A DNA stretch of 61,097 nt, the filler included. It is 8 parts of 8 records of this genome, joined end to end, with 100 filler letters (N's around TTAATTAATTAA, not from the genome) between each part and the next. Parts side by side here need not be neighbours in the genome. Positions count along the whole stretch, not along the records: positions 55,786 to 61,097 come from SRR31156797_20302; 7 more parts are not named here. One strand, written 5' to 3'. The position numbers and the translations under genes are program-made. The notes under the pieces were generated by a model that was given only the letters and a program-made list of their open reading frames with translations, had not been told where the DNA came from and did no database searches. The stretch's first letter is position 1, and each line of letters starts with the position of its first letter. Positions 60,557-61,097 of this stretch are shown here, piece after piece.

Positions 60557-60742
60557 CTATGCAGCTTTTTTAGCAGCTTTTTTAGCAACTTTCTTAGCTG
60601 CTTTTACTTTTGTTGGGTTAGTTTTTAAAACTTTTTTAGTAACTTTCTTTGCAACTTTTTTTACGTCTTTTTTCTTAGCTACTTTTTTAGCTGCCTTCTT
60701 AGCGATTTTTGCAACTTTTTTTTCTTTTAATTCTTTTGCCAT
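60557..60742 (-). CDS. Small Lys/Ala-rich, histone-H1-like protein
   Basis: Repeated AKKVAKK/KKAAKK; RBS AAAGGA upstream and its own terminator. Confidence 0.75.
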   Translation of the reverse strand: MAKELKEKKVAKIAKKAAKKVAKKKDVKKVAKKVTKKVLKTNPTKVKAAKKVAKKAAKKAA

Positions 60743-60944
60743 TTTAAATGTCCTTTAATTGTAAAATTATCTATTACTTATTGAAAAAAGTAATATAATA
60801 TGGGGATTATATATTAAAAAAACAATAATGTCAAGTGTTATAACTAAAATAAAGCTTAAAAAATGTTTTTCTTTTGTTTAACCATTTAATTATAAACACT
60901 TGGATATAATATCGAGTTTTACTAAAAGCTTATAAGGAAATTAT

Positions 60945-61097
60945 ATGTTACTAACACCAGGACCAACGCCTGTACCAGAATTTGTAAGAAAAGCTATGGC
61001 AGATGTTACTATTCACCATAGAACACCAGAATTTGAAAAAATATTTGAAGAAACAAGAGAACTATTATTTGAATTATATGGAATGGATGAAGTTGTA
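60945..61097 (+). CDS. Class V PLP aminotransferase (3' truncated)
   Basis: Hand translation MLLTPGPTPVPEFVRKAMADVTIHHRTPEF; RBS AAGGA. Confidence 0.88.
   Translation, partial: MLLTPGPTPVPEFVRKAMADVTIHHRTPEFEKIFEETRELLFELYGMDEVV

Overview
This window is not one locus. It is eight unrelated contigs joined by seven 100-nt artificial linkers (N-run + TTAATTAATTAA + N-run). (1) 1-8163, AT-rich, Bacteroidota-like: a cluster of three unannotated double-glycine-leader peptides, two GLPGLI-family proteins, a stand-alone LytTR protein, a 13-unit 21-bp periodic array and a two-component system, followed by DUF3467 and the 3' half of rpoC. (2) 8264-14573, FCB-group-like: tRNA 3' end, fused fungal-type homoaconitase, L,D-transpeptidase, two cohesin-like/C-terminal-sorting-domain proteins and a dockerin-like protein. 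(3) 14674-21813, Fusobacteriota-like (inferred): mreC-recO-PTS IIA-nrdR-aroQ running directly into flgB-flgC-fliE-fliF. (4) 21914-33583, Bacteroidota glycan-degradation cluster (TonB, GH97, beta-helix proteins, two GH43, GH29). (5) 33684-42311, GC-rich, Desulfobacterota-like: TonB receptor, methyltransferase, ABC transporter, AraC, murI, epd/gap. (6) 42412-49196, very AT-rich: nucleotidyltransferase, frameshifted SLOG+TM gene, large P-loop NTPase, small membrane protein (candidate defence cassette), MrpD-like transporter. (7) 49297-55685, Desulfobacterota-like: sat-cysC, sigma-54 two-component pair, small genes, PDRP. (8) 55786-61097, Arcobacter-like: purM, gap/epd, MarR-YceI-dioxygenase-pirin with a visible palindromic operator, RhtB, histone-H1-like peptide. 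The strongest leads are the duplicated peptide-GLPGLI modules with their array and regulators, the SLOG-TM/NTPase cassette and the cohesin/dockerin-like trio. All product and taxon calls come from motif recognition only; no database searches were run.
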